A stretch of DNA of 64,000 nucleotides from Vicugna vicugna. Taxonomy: Eukaryota. Position numbers and translations under genes: made by a program. Within the stretch, counting starts at the first letter, position 1, and each line of letters opens with the position of its first letter. The DNA lies in contig MU057584.1 of NCBI GenBank assembly GCA_013265495.1, positions 536,608 to 600,607 on the forward strand. The letters run 5' to 3'. The notes under the pieces are model-generated. The model was not told the origin of the DNA, searched no databases, and saw nothing but the letters and a program-made list of their open reading frames with translations. Below are positions 25,201 to 37,200 of this stretch, in pieces.

Positions 25201-28200
25201 CAATAATAGAACAGTGTCTGTGGGGTGCCTTGTGGTGCAGGCCTGTACAAGAAGCTATTGTCCCCGTACGAGAATGTGATCAGCATTCAGATCTGAGCCA
25301 CGAAGCTGTGGACTGATGGCTGGGCAGTGGCTGATGGCTGCTTTGAGGAGGGGGTGGGGCTACTCACGCGGGTCTCTCTTCCTCTCTGGCTGAGAGAGGA
25401 GGCTGAGGCGAGTGTTTAAGAAGCCAAGGTCCACTGTGGCGGGCTGGACAGGTGTGTCCTGACAGCTGGTTTCTTTGCTCCTGATTTGTTCTTGTCTGCT
25501 CTCTCTCCCTAGCTGACCCTGGTCCTGTCACTGCCCCTGCCCTTGTCAGCTTTCTCCTTTAATCAGTGGTTTGGATAAAGAAACAGAATTCCCTGTTGGT
25601 ATGAAAGTGGAAAATAAAACAGGTCTCAGTTCCGGCTTTTCCTTCTTCAGAAGCCTCTGGCTGAACCCCCAGGCTAAGTGATGCATCCCCTGGCTTCCCT
25701 ATCCTAGCGCTGCCTACTCTAGGTCATCACTGTAGTGGACAGGTGTGTCCCCTACACTGGACTGTGAGCCTTAGGGTGGGGCTGGGGCTGTCTCCGTCAC
25801 TGCCATGGCCCTAGCACAAGGCCTCGCTCAGAGTAGGTGCCTGCCTAACTGTTGAATGAGTGAAAGGCTCTATGACCTCCTCTGACCCCTCTGATCCTGG
25901 AATGATCCAGTGGTTAAGAATAGATTTTGGATCTGGAAGAAATATTTGTACATTCATGATCATTGCAGTATGATTTACCATAGCCAAGATGTGGAAGCAA
26001 CCTACATGTCCATAAGCTGATGAATCGGTAAAGAAAATTTGGTAAATACATGCAGTGGAATATTAGTCAGCCTTAAAAAGAGATGAAATCCTGTCACATG
26101 GTACAACATGGAGGAACCTTGAGGACATTGTGCCTAGTGAAATAAGCCAGTCACAGAAAGACGAATACTGCAGGATTCCATGTGTATGAACTGTTTAAAG
26201 TAGCCAAGCCCTTAGAAGCAGCAAGTGGTGGTTGCCAGGAGCTGGGGGTGGGGAGGAAGAAGAGTGGTTAGTAGTTCAGGGGGTATAGAGTTTGTTTTGC
26301 AGGATGAAACAGTTCTAGAGATCTGTTGCCCAGCAAGGTGCAAATAGTTAACGCTACCGTACTGTGCACTTAAGAGAGGTTAAGATGGTAAGTGTTATAC
26401 GTCTTATACCACAATTTAAAAAATTACTCTTAAAGAAGAAAAGGAGTGGATTTTGGAGTCAGGCCCATTTGGGCTCAAATCCTAGTTTTGTTTTTACTGC
26501 TTTGATCTCAGGCAAGTGAGCCCCACCCCTCTGAGCTCGTTTCCTCATCTGGAACACGAGGATAAGAGTAGCTAGCACCTCTCTCCCACGGCTGAAAGGT
26601 TTGAGTGAGAAGATGTCCATAAAACACTTAGTCCAATGCCTGGCTTTTAGTACGGTTCACTGACTTCCAGAATCTCCCAGCAGAGCCAGACTAAACCCAG
26701 GTATTTACTCCCAGCCCAGTGCCTTTTCCTTTCTGCGGTGCTGGCACTGCCAGGGACTTCGCCGTCCAGGCCAGAGTCCACCCTGCAAGCAACGTCCCAT
26801 GAGTCTCGGCTGTGGGAGCTGGCATTTGGCCCGGAGTGGCCTCGGAACATGAAGGACTCTTGGCCTGAGACTTGGCCAGAAGCTGTCACAGGGCCGAGGG
26901 AGCTGTGTGGCCTGAGATGAGGAATTGAGGGAGGCAGGGAAGGTGCAGGGTGAGGAGCTGCATTCCAGCAGCGCCGCCCTGCTGGACCCCGTGGTCTGGG
27001 GTGTACCCCACCCTCAGCTTCTTCGGGTGTGAAATGAGAAATGGCAGTGGAGTGCACGCAGAATGGACAGTAGCCTGACGTCAGCGGTGTCCTCAGCCCT
27101 TGCAGGGCTGGTGTCCCCGCTCACCCCTGCTGGCTGGGGGTCGGGGTGGGAGGTGGAGGCAGAGTGAGGATGGGCAGGCTCTCGGGAACCTGATGTGGAT
27201 GGGTTTCTCCTGCGGGGGCTCAGCGTCCTCATCTGTCAGTGAGGGTTCATTCTCCCCCCTTCAGTCAGTGTTCCAAGCCCCTGCTGCAGGCTGGGTGCTA
27301 CTCTAGGCGCTGGGGGTACAACGGGGAACGGAACCGAGATCTTAGCCTGTGGAAGTTTGGTTCTAGTGTGGAGACAGGCGGTATGCGAGTGCAGGTGTAA
27401 TGTCTGGTGGGGGGCAGGTTAAGAAGCCAGTCAGTCAGGGGTTGTGGGGGGAGCTGTTTGGGTAGAGTTGATAAAGCCTCTGGAAGGAGGTGGGAAATGA
27501 GTGAGGGGCGGAATGGGCAAGAGCACTGCGGGTGGGGGTGGGGGGCAGCCAGGGCAGAGCTGGAGTGGAGGCTGGGATGGGCCTGGAGTGGGGGTGGAGG
27601 GGGCAGTGACAGTCAGAGCAGGGAAGGGCTCTGAGCCTCACGGGCCTCGGAGGTTTTAGCAGAAGCCCTGGGGCTGCCGCGTGGAAAACGGGCTGCACTG
27701 GGCAAAGGTGGCAGCAGGAAGCCCCAGAGCTCCAGAGTGGTGGCAGGGCTGGGGCAGGGGTCGGGGGAAGGATGGAGGGGGTGGGAGGGCATTGGACTCT
27801 GGGAGATTGTTGCTGGGAGTTGGCCAGGACTTAGTGGGGCACACCAGCAGCCCGGCTCATGGCTCTTCTGAGTTCCCCTGATGTGGCATGTGGCTGGAGC
27901 TCAGCCAGGGCCTGGCACTCGGGGGCCTCAGTGATGGGAGCTGCTGCTGCTGCTGGATTTTATCTTTCCCTTATGCAGAGATGGTGACTTGGAATTGTGA
28001 CCCCCTACACATGAGGCTCAGGCCTGACATGATAGATGAACGTCAGGTGTAACATGAGGTGGTAGGGGGCGCTCTGAAGAAAACAGGTGACTTGGGACTT
28101 TCTCCTCCACCTTGGTGCTTGTTCTTTTTAACAGCTTTATTGAGATTATTCACGAGGTTGTGCAACCATCTCCACAGTCTTATTTTAGAAAATTTTCACA

Positions 28201-31200
28201 ATCCCAAGAAGGAACCCCATACCCATTGGCAGTCAGCACCCCCTCCTCCACCTTCCCCCGCCAGCCCTGGGCAACCACTAATTTACTTTCTGTCTCTGTG
28301 GATTCGCCTGCTCTGGACATTTCACATATTCACAAGTGGAATTGTACACTATATGGCCTCTTTGTGACTGACTCCTTTCACTGAGCATGTTCTCCAGGCT
28401 CATCCATTCTAGCGTGGATCAATCCTCCATTCCTTTTTATTACCCAACAATATCCCACTGTCCGGATATGCCACGTTTTGTTTATCTGTCATGCGTTGAT
28501 GGACATTTGAATTGTTTCCAGTTTTTGGCTGTTGTGCATAGTGCTGCTGTAACATTTGTGTGCACGTATTTGAGTATCTGTTTTCAGTTCTTCCGGGTAC
28601 ATACCTAGGAGTGGAATTGCTGGGTCATATGGCTGTTCTTTGTTTAACTTCTGAAGAACCAAATTTCTCCACATTCTTGTCAGTACTACCTGCTGTCGTC
28701 TGTCCTTTCCATTTTAGCCATCCTGGAGAGTGTGACGTGATGCCTTCTAGCTCTCATTGCTTGTTCTCTGATGAGTAGTGACATTGATGGTCTTTTTACG
28801 AGCTTATGCAGTCCTGATGTCTTAGAGGCTGGTCCAGGCCAAAGTGCTCTAAATGCATGGCCCTGGGCTGGGGGAGGGGTGGAGAGTTGAGGGATAATAT
28901 TTTGGTGAGGTAGGTCTTGGTACTGGCTGTGTAGAAGGTTGGGCCAGAGCTTAGAGCCTCTTGCCACTATCTTGAGAGGAAACCCTCCCCCTGTTCCCAG
29001 AGGTTGGGTGGCCCCTGTTAGTGCTGCCACCCCTGTGCAGGTCCTTTACCTCTGAAGTATGGCCTGCTTGGCATCAGAGGTGAGCTCGCTGCTAAGCTTG
29101 GGTGTGGGGGGGTGGCAGGGTTTTGGGGCTCAGTGGGGCAGTGACCTCTGTCTTGTCCATCCCTGCAGAAGAAGGACCCAGCCCAGTTCCTGCAGGTGCA
29201 CGGTCGAGCTTGCAAGGTGCACCTGGATTCTGCGGTTGCCCTGGCTGCTGAGAGCCCCGTTAACATGTAAGACTGATTTTGGGGGTAAGGTGGTGTCTGT
29301 GGCTGAGGGGTGGGGGTCCAAAGGGACCTGGGGCATGAACAGACCTTTGGAGTCTCAGGCAGGGAAGGCTTGGCCTGCATGGGAAGGTGAAGATCACCAG
29401 CTGAGGAGAGCCGGCAGGGGTTGGGCCCAAGGCCTCCGGGTGTAGTGGTTGGAGGATTTCTGGGGAATGGGTGGGGTCAGGGCCAGAGGCTCAGATGCAG
29501 CAGAGAGTAGGTTGCCAGAGAGGGTGTTTTGGGGTGACTGGGGCTTAGCAAGTGGCCCTTGGACCTGGTTCAAGTTCCACACTCTTGCTTGGTTCTGAGA
29601 AATAACCTGTTCAGGTCTCGAGCCTGAATGTATGTTTCAGGGCAGAGGTTATGGCATAAAAGACTGAGAGGTGAAGGGTGAGGGTGTGGCTGGCATGGGG
29701 ATCAGAGGCGCTGAGGGTTTGGCTCCCAAGCTTGAGGTGGCAGGGAATAGGCATTTTGTGTCCTGAACAGTGGGGACCCTAGGCTCCTTGCTCCCCCATT
29801 CCCCACTTCAGGATGCCCTGGCAGGGGGACACCAACAACATGATTGACCGCTTTGATGTCCGTGCCCACCTGGACCACATCCCTGACTACACCCCGCCAC
29901 TGCTCACCACCATGTAAGCTGCCTGCCTCCGGGGTTGCCAGTAAGGGAGTCCGTCCTGGCAGCACCTCTTCTTTCTCGAGCCCTTGCCTGCCCGCCACCC
30001 TCTAGGGAAGGAAGGAGAAGTGCACGTGGGGAGGCCCTCCACCCCCCAGCCTGGGCCAGGCCCCTCGTCCCCACTCCTGCTGGCTTGGGGTGGGATCTCC
30101 CCTCTCCCTCTGATCTCAAGACCGTGACCTCCCCCAAAGCTCCCCAGAACAGGAGTCGGACGAGCGGAAATGTAACTACGAGCGTTACCGAGGCCTGGTG
30201 CAGAACGACTTTGCTGGCAGTGAGTGATCTGGGGTGTGGAGAGTGGGTTTGGGGGGGTCCCTGGAGACTGAAAGACCTCAACAAGATTGGGAAGAGAAGG
30301 TATCCCAGGACTTTGTACTAAGGGGCCTTGGGTTTGGTTGAGCTCTGTCATGGACCCGCTCTGTCCACATCCCTTTCCCTTTTGGGGCCTCCATCTCTGG
30401 AATTGGTACAGGAGACATTTGCTGGACTAGAGGGTCCCACCAGGGTCACTGCCATATCCAGTGCCCCTTAATTCTGTGGTCTTATTTTCCTAAAAACTTG
30501 GACATTTTTTCCCCTTTTGTTTTCCCTGGCCTATACAGATCAGAATGTCAGCTCTGAAGAGGAAATTTCTCCTTGTTTTAAACAAATATTTAGACAGTGT
30601 TTGACAGTTTGCCCAGTGTTCATACAGTGTTTTTTCCCAAGCCATCACCATTGCTACTTCACAAATGAGAAAACTGGTTTAGAGAGACTTTTTCATACCC
30701 TGGGCTTGTCTGGGGAGATCCTGACCCTGACATACTTGGACTTTTTTGTCTCTGTTATTTCAGTGCATCTGCACAACCACCCAGCAAGGTGAGAGTGATA
30801 CCCCATTTTACAGATGAGGATGTCAAGGCTCTGGGCTTGGGGGGACACTATGTTCAAGGAGTTGGAGTTCTCACTCTGCCCTTAACCACTGCTGCCTCTC
30901 ACAGGAGAGCTCCAAACTTAGCACGTCTCCCAAGAAGGACTTTGAGATTCCTTCTCCTAGGGTTTCCCTGTGGAGTTAAGGGGAGGGTCACAGGAGTCCC
31001 CAGCCTGGCGGGTCTCGGTCTCCTCCTGGAGAAGGGTGGTAATGGTGGTGTCTGTCCCTCAAGGTGGTTGTGAGGGTTCAGTGAGGGGTGCATGAAGCCC
31101 CAGTACCAAGCCTGGCACAGGCAGCTCTCCCTGTGGGTTCACTGTTCCCGTATTTCTTTGTTTCTAAGATAGGCATTTTAGCAGCTCTAAAATCAGGGTT

Positions 31201-34200
31201 TGAAAAAAATAAAAATTATAAATAAATAAAATCAGGGATTGTCAAATTCTAGCAATTAGTGAGGCCCGAGAATCAAGGAAATGCGTCATCGATGCAGTTG
31301 GTTTTGCCTTCCTTCAGGGCCACGCAGATTCTTGGTGATGGAGCCAGGGTTTCCCTTAGTTCTGTCTGATTCTGCATTCATTCCTTTATTCATTCCCACA
31401 ATTCCTGAGCACCTGTGGTGTGTCAGGTGCTATTCTGGGATCAGGGGTCTAGTAGGGGAGAGGGCAGCAGCCACATAATCATGAGCGCGGGTGGTAATTA
31501 CAAACCAAGGTGCTGTTACCACAACCGGTGTGCTGTTCTCGGCAGTGCTTGGCTGAGGCTGGGTCAGCGTGGGGGTGCGGGCAGGAGCTCCCCAGGGAGG
31601 AGAGGTGGGCCGCGAGGATAGCGCTGTGCGGGAAGGAGGCCTGTGTGGCTGGAGCTCACATGAGGTGGGCCGACAGGGCCCTCTGGGGCTTTGGACACGA
31701 CCGCAGAACCGTGGAGGCTGCTGGAGGGGCCGTGCTGTGTCAGCTCCGGGCTTGCCCAGCCCACCCACCTCGCTTTCAGATAGAAAAGCTGAGGCCCATG
31801 GAGGGAAGGGGACTCGCCCAGGGTCCCACCTTGAGTCAGGCATGTGTTTCATGGCAGGAAGATCAGGAGAGGCTCTGGTACATTGCTGAGCTTGTCTAGT
31901 TGGGTGTTGTGAATGACTGAGAGCCCAGATTAACCACATTTAATTTAAACTGAGCCACAGGGCACACACTGGAGTGGCCCGTGGGTTCCAGGGTGCATTC
32001 AGCACTTGGGATTAATCACGCTGAAGGGACCAGCCAAAGGCTTCCCTAATTCATGCTAGAGGTAGCAGAGCCTAAGTTAAGTACCACGCACTATCTCTGC
32101 CAGGCACCCCATTTTACAGAAATAGAAACTGAGGCACAGAGTGGCTAAGTCCACCCGGATCATATGGCAAGTCAGTGGTATAGCTAGGGCCCTCCTGCAG
32201 CCGCTGTGTCTCCACCACACACAGTTTGTGATTTCCCGGGAATCCGTGACTCTGCCCCCAGCTATGCTTGGATGGAGCCACCCTCCCACCCCTAACTGCA
32301 TCCTTGTGTTTCCCCCCGCATTCCCAGTGTCCCCAGCTCACTCTGACCATGTGCCTTTTGCCCCAGTCTCAGAGGAGCAGTGCCTATACCAGATCTACAT
32401 TGACGAGCTATACGGAGGCCTCCAGAGACCCAGTGAGGACGAGAAGAAGAAGTAAGTTGGGCTCTGGGGCACTGTGTGTGGGGTTGAGGGAGGCAGGAGG
32501 ACTGTGAGCCCCTCAGGGCGCTGCTCCGTCCATCCTGGAGCCCGGACTCCTGCCCCCAGCCGCAACCTCCCCACCTCCAGCCCCACGCTTGCTGCCTCCC
32601 TCCATCTGAAGAATGAGAGCGGAGCTCCTTGATGACTCTGGTCCTCAGTCGCGGCCCCATGTTCAGGGCGAGGCTGGCACTGGGAATGGCTCAGGGAATG
32701 TTGCCTGGAGTCAGCAGCAGATGTGCAGAGGGTTCTAGGCTGACGGACAGTGGGAGCAAGGGCTCTGTGCTGCCCTGGAACTCAAGAGGGCGGTGTCCAG
32801 GATGCTTGGTGTGGGGGCCCTCCTCTCCCCTGGGCGCTGCCCTGGCTCATAGCTCCCCTGTCCCAGGCTGGCAGAGAAGAAGGCTTCCATTGGCTACACC
32901 TATGAGGACAGCACAGTGGCCGAGGTGGAGAAGGTGGCTGAGAAGCCAGAGGAGGAGGAGTCACCAGCTGAGGAGGAGAGCAACTCGGATGAAGATGAGG
33001 TCATCCCCGACATCGGTGGGGTCCCCTCTCTGCCCTCCCCCCCTGCAGTCCCTGGGCATCGTTTTCGTGTCTCGTCCCTCACCCTCTGTGGTGCGCCCCG
33101 TGCTTATGAGCCCCATCTCTCTGGCCCCTGCTCCAGGGCACACCAGCCCCCTGCTGTCCTCCCATCTCATTCTTGTCCTCCTGGCCCCACCTCCCTCTCT
33201 GTATCTCTCTCCTTCCTCATTTCTAGGACACTGCTTTTATGACCCTGTCCCCACCTAGGTTCTAGCTCTGACCTCCTCTTCTCTGTCTCTCTTCTCCGGA
33301 AAACAAGTGTTCTTCCAGTTACAGAGCCTCACCCCGCATCCTGCTGCTCACCCCCATCTAAATCCCACTGGTCAGGCCGTCCACCATCCTTCTTCCTCCT
33401 CCATCCTGCTCTCACTCAGCCAGTCGGCTGTTGATTCAGACACATGTAAAGCACCCGTTCCCCTCCACTTCACCATCCTGCATCTGGCTCCTGAATACCT
33501 GGGACCACACCCCTGCCTCCCACACACCTGGATCTTCATCCACCCTCTGTCCGGCCCCATCCACTCCTCAGATCACTCCCTTCTCAGCCATCACATCACC
33601 TGCCCACCTCCCACCCCCACTGCCTGCCGTTTGTTGTGCTCGCCTCTGGCCGGGCCCTGTGCCAGCCAGGGGATGCTGAGATGAGCTGACTCGTTCTCTT
33701 CCTACAGAGGCCTCCAGTCTGGTGGGCACCTGCCACCCCCAGCTCTTGGGGCACCGCCCCTTCTCCCCTTCTTCTCACTCGACTTTGGTCCCTGACAGCC
33801 TTTCTCTTGGTGCAGACGTGGAGGTGGATGTGGACGAACTGAACCAGGAGCAGGTGGCAGATCTCAACAAACAGGCCACAACCTATGGCATGGCTGACGG
33901 CGACTTCGTCAGGTGAGGCCTGCTGGTTGACACCTCTCCCCACCCTGTAGACCTGGCATCTCTGTCATTATCCTTGTCTGAGCACTTTACACAAGTGCCA
34001 GGGTATTACACACACAGCCCCTAAGTTCATGGGGTGGGTACTTGGGGACTGGCTTCACCTGTGTAGAAACTGAGGCTGCCCCCAGCTGAGTGACCCCTGG
34101 AAGCTCCCGGCCTGGTGGACAGCGCCCTCTAGTGGAGAGGCTTCATTTTTTTTCTGGATCATTAACTTGCAGTTGCTGGTTGAGCCTCTCTGCCTTGTGC

Positions 34201-37200
34201 CTTACCCAGTGCAGATCACATAGAGTGTTCCACCTAACAGCGCATTGAGTCCAAGTCTGAGTTCTTCCAAGTCTGAACCTCTGCCCAGAACCCTCCAAGA
34301 CTCCTGCCTCACTCATGACCAGCTAGTGTCCTCACCATGGCTGGGAGGTCTCACCTGTCTGGTCCTCTGCTCGCACACTCCACCCCTTCTCAGCTTCCGT
34401 GGCTGCTTTACCTCTCATATCCCTGAGGCTCCATCTGACCTTGGGGCCACTCCATGTGCTTTTGGCCCTGTGACATCTGCAGCTTACTCCTCCAGGTCTC
34501 TCGTCAGCTGTCACTGCCTCTGGGTAGCTTCCTATTGAAAGCTGCAGCAGCTTCTGCCAGTTCCCTGGCAGTTCATTTCTCCCTTCCAAGATTTATTTTC
34601 CCATGAAGGTTTTCACCATCTAACATATCGTGTGTTACATTACTTTGGCCATTGTCTGTCTTCTCATAATGTAAGCCCACGAGGGTGAGGATTTTTGTTT
34701 GTTTTCAGTAATTCTTTAGTACCTGAAATAGCACCTGGCATGCAGCAGGCACTCAGTAATAGTGCTGAATGAATGCGAGACCCTCAGCATGGTGTGGGGT
34801 CCCTCACTCCTCATCTCGTATGACCCTCCTCCCCTTCCACAGGATGCTCCGGAAAGACAAGGAGGAGGCAGAGGCCATCAAACACGCCAAGGCCCTTGAG
34901 GAGGAGAAAGCCATGTACTCGGTGAGGGCTGGGCCAGGGTGGCAGGGTAGGTGTGCCCCTCATGGAAGGCACACCCTCACCAGCCTGGTACCCGCCCTGT
35001 TCCAGGGCCGTCGCTCCCGGCGCCAGCGGAGGGAGTTCCGGGAGAAGCGACTGAGGGGCCGCAAGATCAGCCCACCCAGGTAGAGTGGGTTCGGCCCTGT
35101 GCTCCTGCCCCGCCGGCATCAGTCTCTCAGGGCTCAGGAGTTGGGGGCCGGGGCTCAGGAAGACTTCGGGGGCAAGCTTTCGGCCTGTGGGGAGAGTCCT
35201 AGTGGGGCCGTGAATAGGGAAGGTTTCGGTAGGAATAGTCATGAGGGTTGTGTGGACACCCTGCCCTGCCAGCCATTTCCCTCACCCTGCTAGACTCAGG
35301 GCTCTTGCCGCACACCTTGGGAGTCAGTAGGGAGGTGGCATGAGGTGGCTGGGAGAGTTGGGGACATAGTCGAGGGACACGGGCCTGGCGCCGACTGTCG
35401 GACCTGGTTCTGCAGCTCAGCTGCTTTGTCACTATCTCAGGTTGGGCAGGTGACTTCCTCTCTCAAGCTCGTTTCCTCTTTTGGAAAAGGGGCACCGCCA
35501 CCTGGGAGAGGGGGCTACACCTGTGCCTACATTGAGGTCTTGGGCAGGTTTGGATGAGGTGGTCTGGCTTGGTGCAGAGAGCCAGCCTGGGTCAGGTGGT
35601 CTCTGGGCCAACCTGCTGCAGCCTCTTAGGCCTGCTAGCCCCATGCAGACCCCTGCCTCTGCCACGTCTCCTTTGTTCAGGGGAGGTAATTGAGGGTTGC
35701 TGTGAGCTTAAGCGGTTTGGTGTGGGGTTTGAAAAATGTACATTCAGAGTGGAACTGATTCTTGCTATTGTCACCGTAGAGGTGCAGGTCAGTGTGGTGT
35801 ATAAAAGCTTGGGCTTGGGACCACGTGGCCTGGGTTGGAGTCTGCGCTCCTTCATTTACGAGCTGTGTGACCTTGGGCAAGTGACTTCACCTTTCTGGGC
35901 CTGTTTCCTCAGCTGTGAAGTGTGAATAATCACAGCACCCACATCAGAGAGTTGTTAGGAATAGCTGTTAGTTCACTTAGTGCTGGCACACAGTGTGCGC
36001 AAGACGTCTTAGCGCTGCTAGTTTTATTGTCATCATTAGTGAGCCAGAACCCCGCAGAACCAGGGACTTGTGGGACCAGGGGCGCTTCTCTTCTGGGGTC
36101 TGAAGGCCAGCCGGATTGAAGCTGCTGAAGTCCTTGTTGCTCAGGATCAGAATGGGTCTGGGACATTGTGGGTTGGGGCTGAGATTCAGGCTTTGGAGAG
36201 ATTTGAGGTTGGGTAGGAGGAGGGATCAAGACAGGGCCTGTAATCTGGCCAGCAGCTCCTGTGTTGCCTGGCCTTGGGTGCCCAGGTTGGGGGCTGGCCT
36301 TAAATCCGTGCACACTAATCCCACGCCCCTATGTGTCCCCCTCGTTCTCTCCATAGCTATGCCCGGCGAGACAGCCCTACCTACGACCCCTATAAGCGGT
36401 GAGTTCCCGGGGCCCAGTTGTCTTCCTGATGGAGGGACGAGTGGTGAGGGGTGGGGCACCCACCCTGTAGGCTGCCCTGAGATCACAGACTGGGTGGTAT
36501 TTTCTGGGAGTCTTAGCGCCTTGTGTTGGCTTTGAGTCTGAATTATTTTTGGTTTTCCAGAATGTTAGCCTGCTTTCACAATTTCTTTTCCTTTTAAATG
36601 TGAACCTTTAAAGTTTTCTGATTTAAACATAGTGTAGTGTTGTGTCGAAAATGATCAAACATGGTAGAAAGACCTGACTTAGAAATCAAATCTCTTTAAT
36701 CTGAACTCCCAAAAGTAACCAGTGAGAAATAACAGGCACAGAATAGCCTGGTTGAGCACGTGTGTCTCCTGGATGTGGGGGTGATGGGAGTTGTGGCTTT
36801 GAAGATGAACAGACCTCAGTCTGACCCCAGTTCCCTTTTCAGAATAGGGTGGGAGGGACCTGCCCTCAGGGCTCTTGGGAGGATGGGTGAGATAAGGCAT
36901 GAACCCCTTTTGGTGAGAGGTCTGGCCCAGATAAGTGCTCAATCCATGGCTGCTGTGAGGAATATCGCATACGTGCTTTCATGAGAATGGAACTGTATCA
37001 CATTTAATGCTTTGGAACTTGCTCCCTTCCGACTTGACATCTACATTGGGGAAGTCATTCCCTGCTGCATTATGGATCTGCTCTTCCGTTTTAATAGTCA
37101 TGTAAAATCAGTACGGTTTTCTGTCACTCCCTTTCCTGGTGGTTTTGAGAAGGCTCCGTGGTCATGAATCACATTCTTGCGTAGCTGGTGTCTTTCTGCC

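Noticed and set aside
36545..37200. Acceptor-like ttttccag at 36560 as a poison exon in CLASRP intron 11
   Set aside because: No convincing donor, and the following AT-rich sequence looks like decayed L1/MIR; support is too weak.
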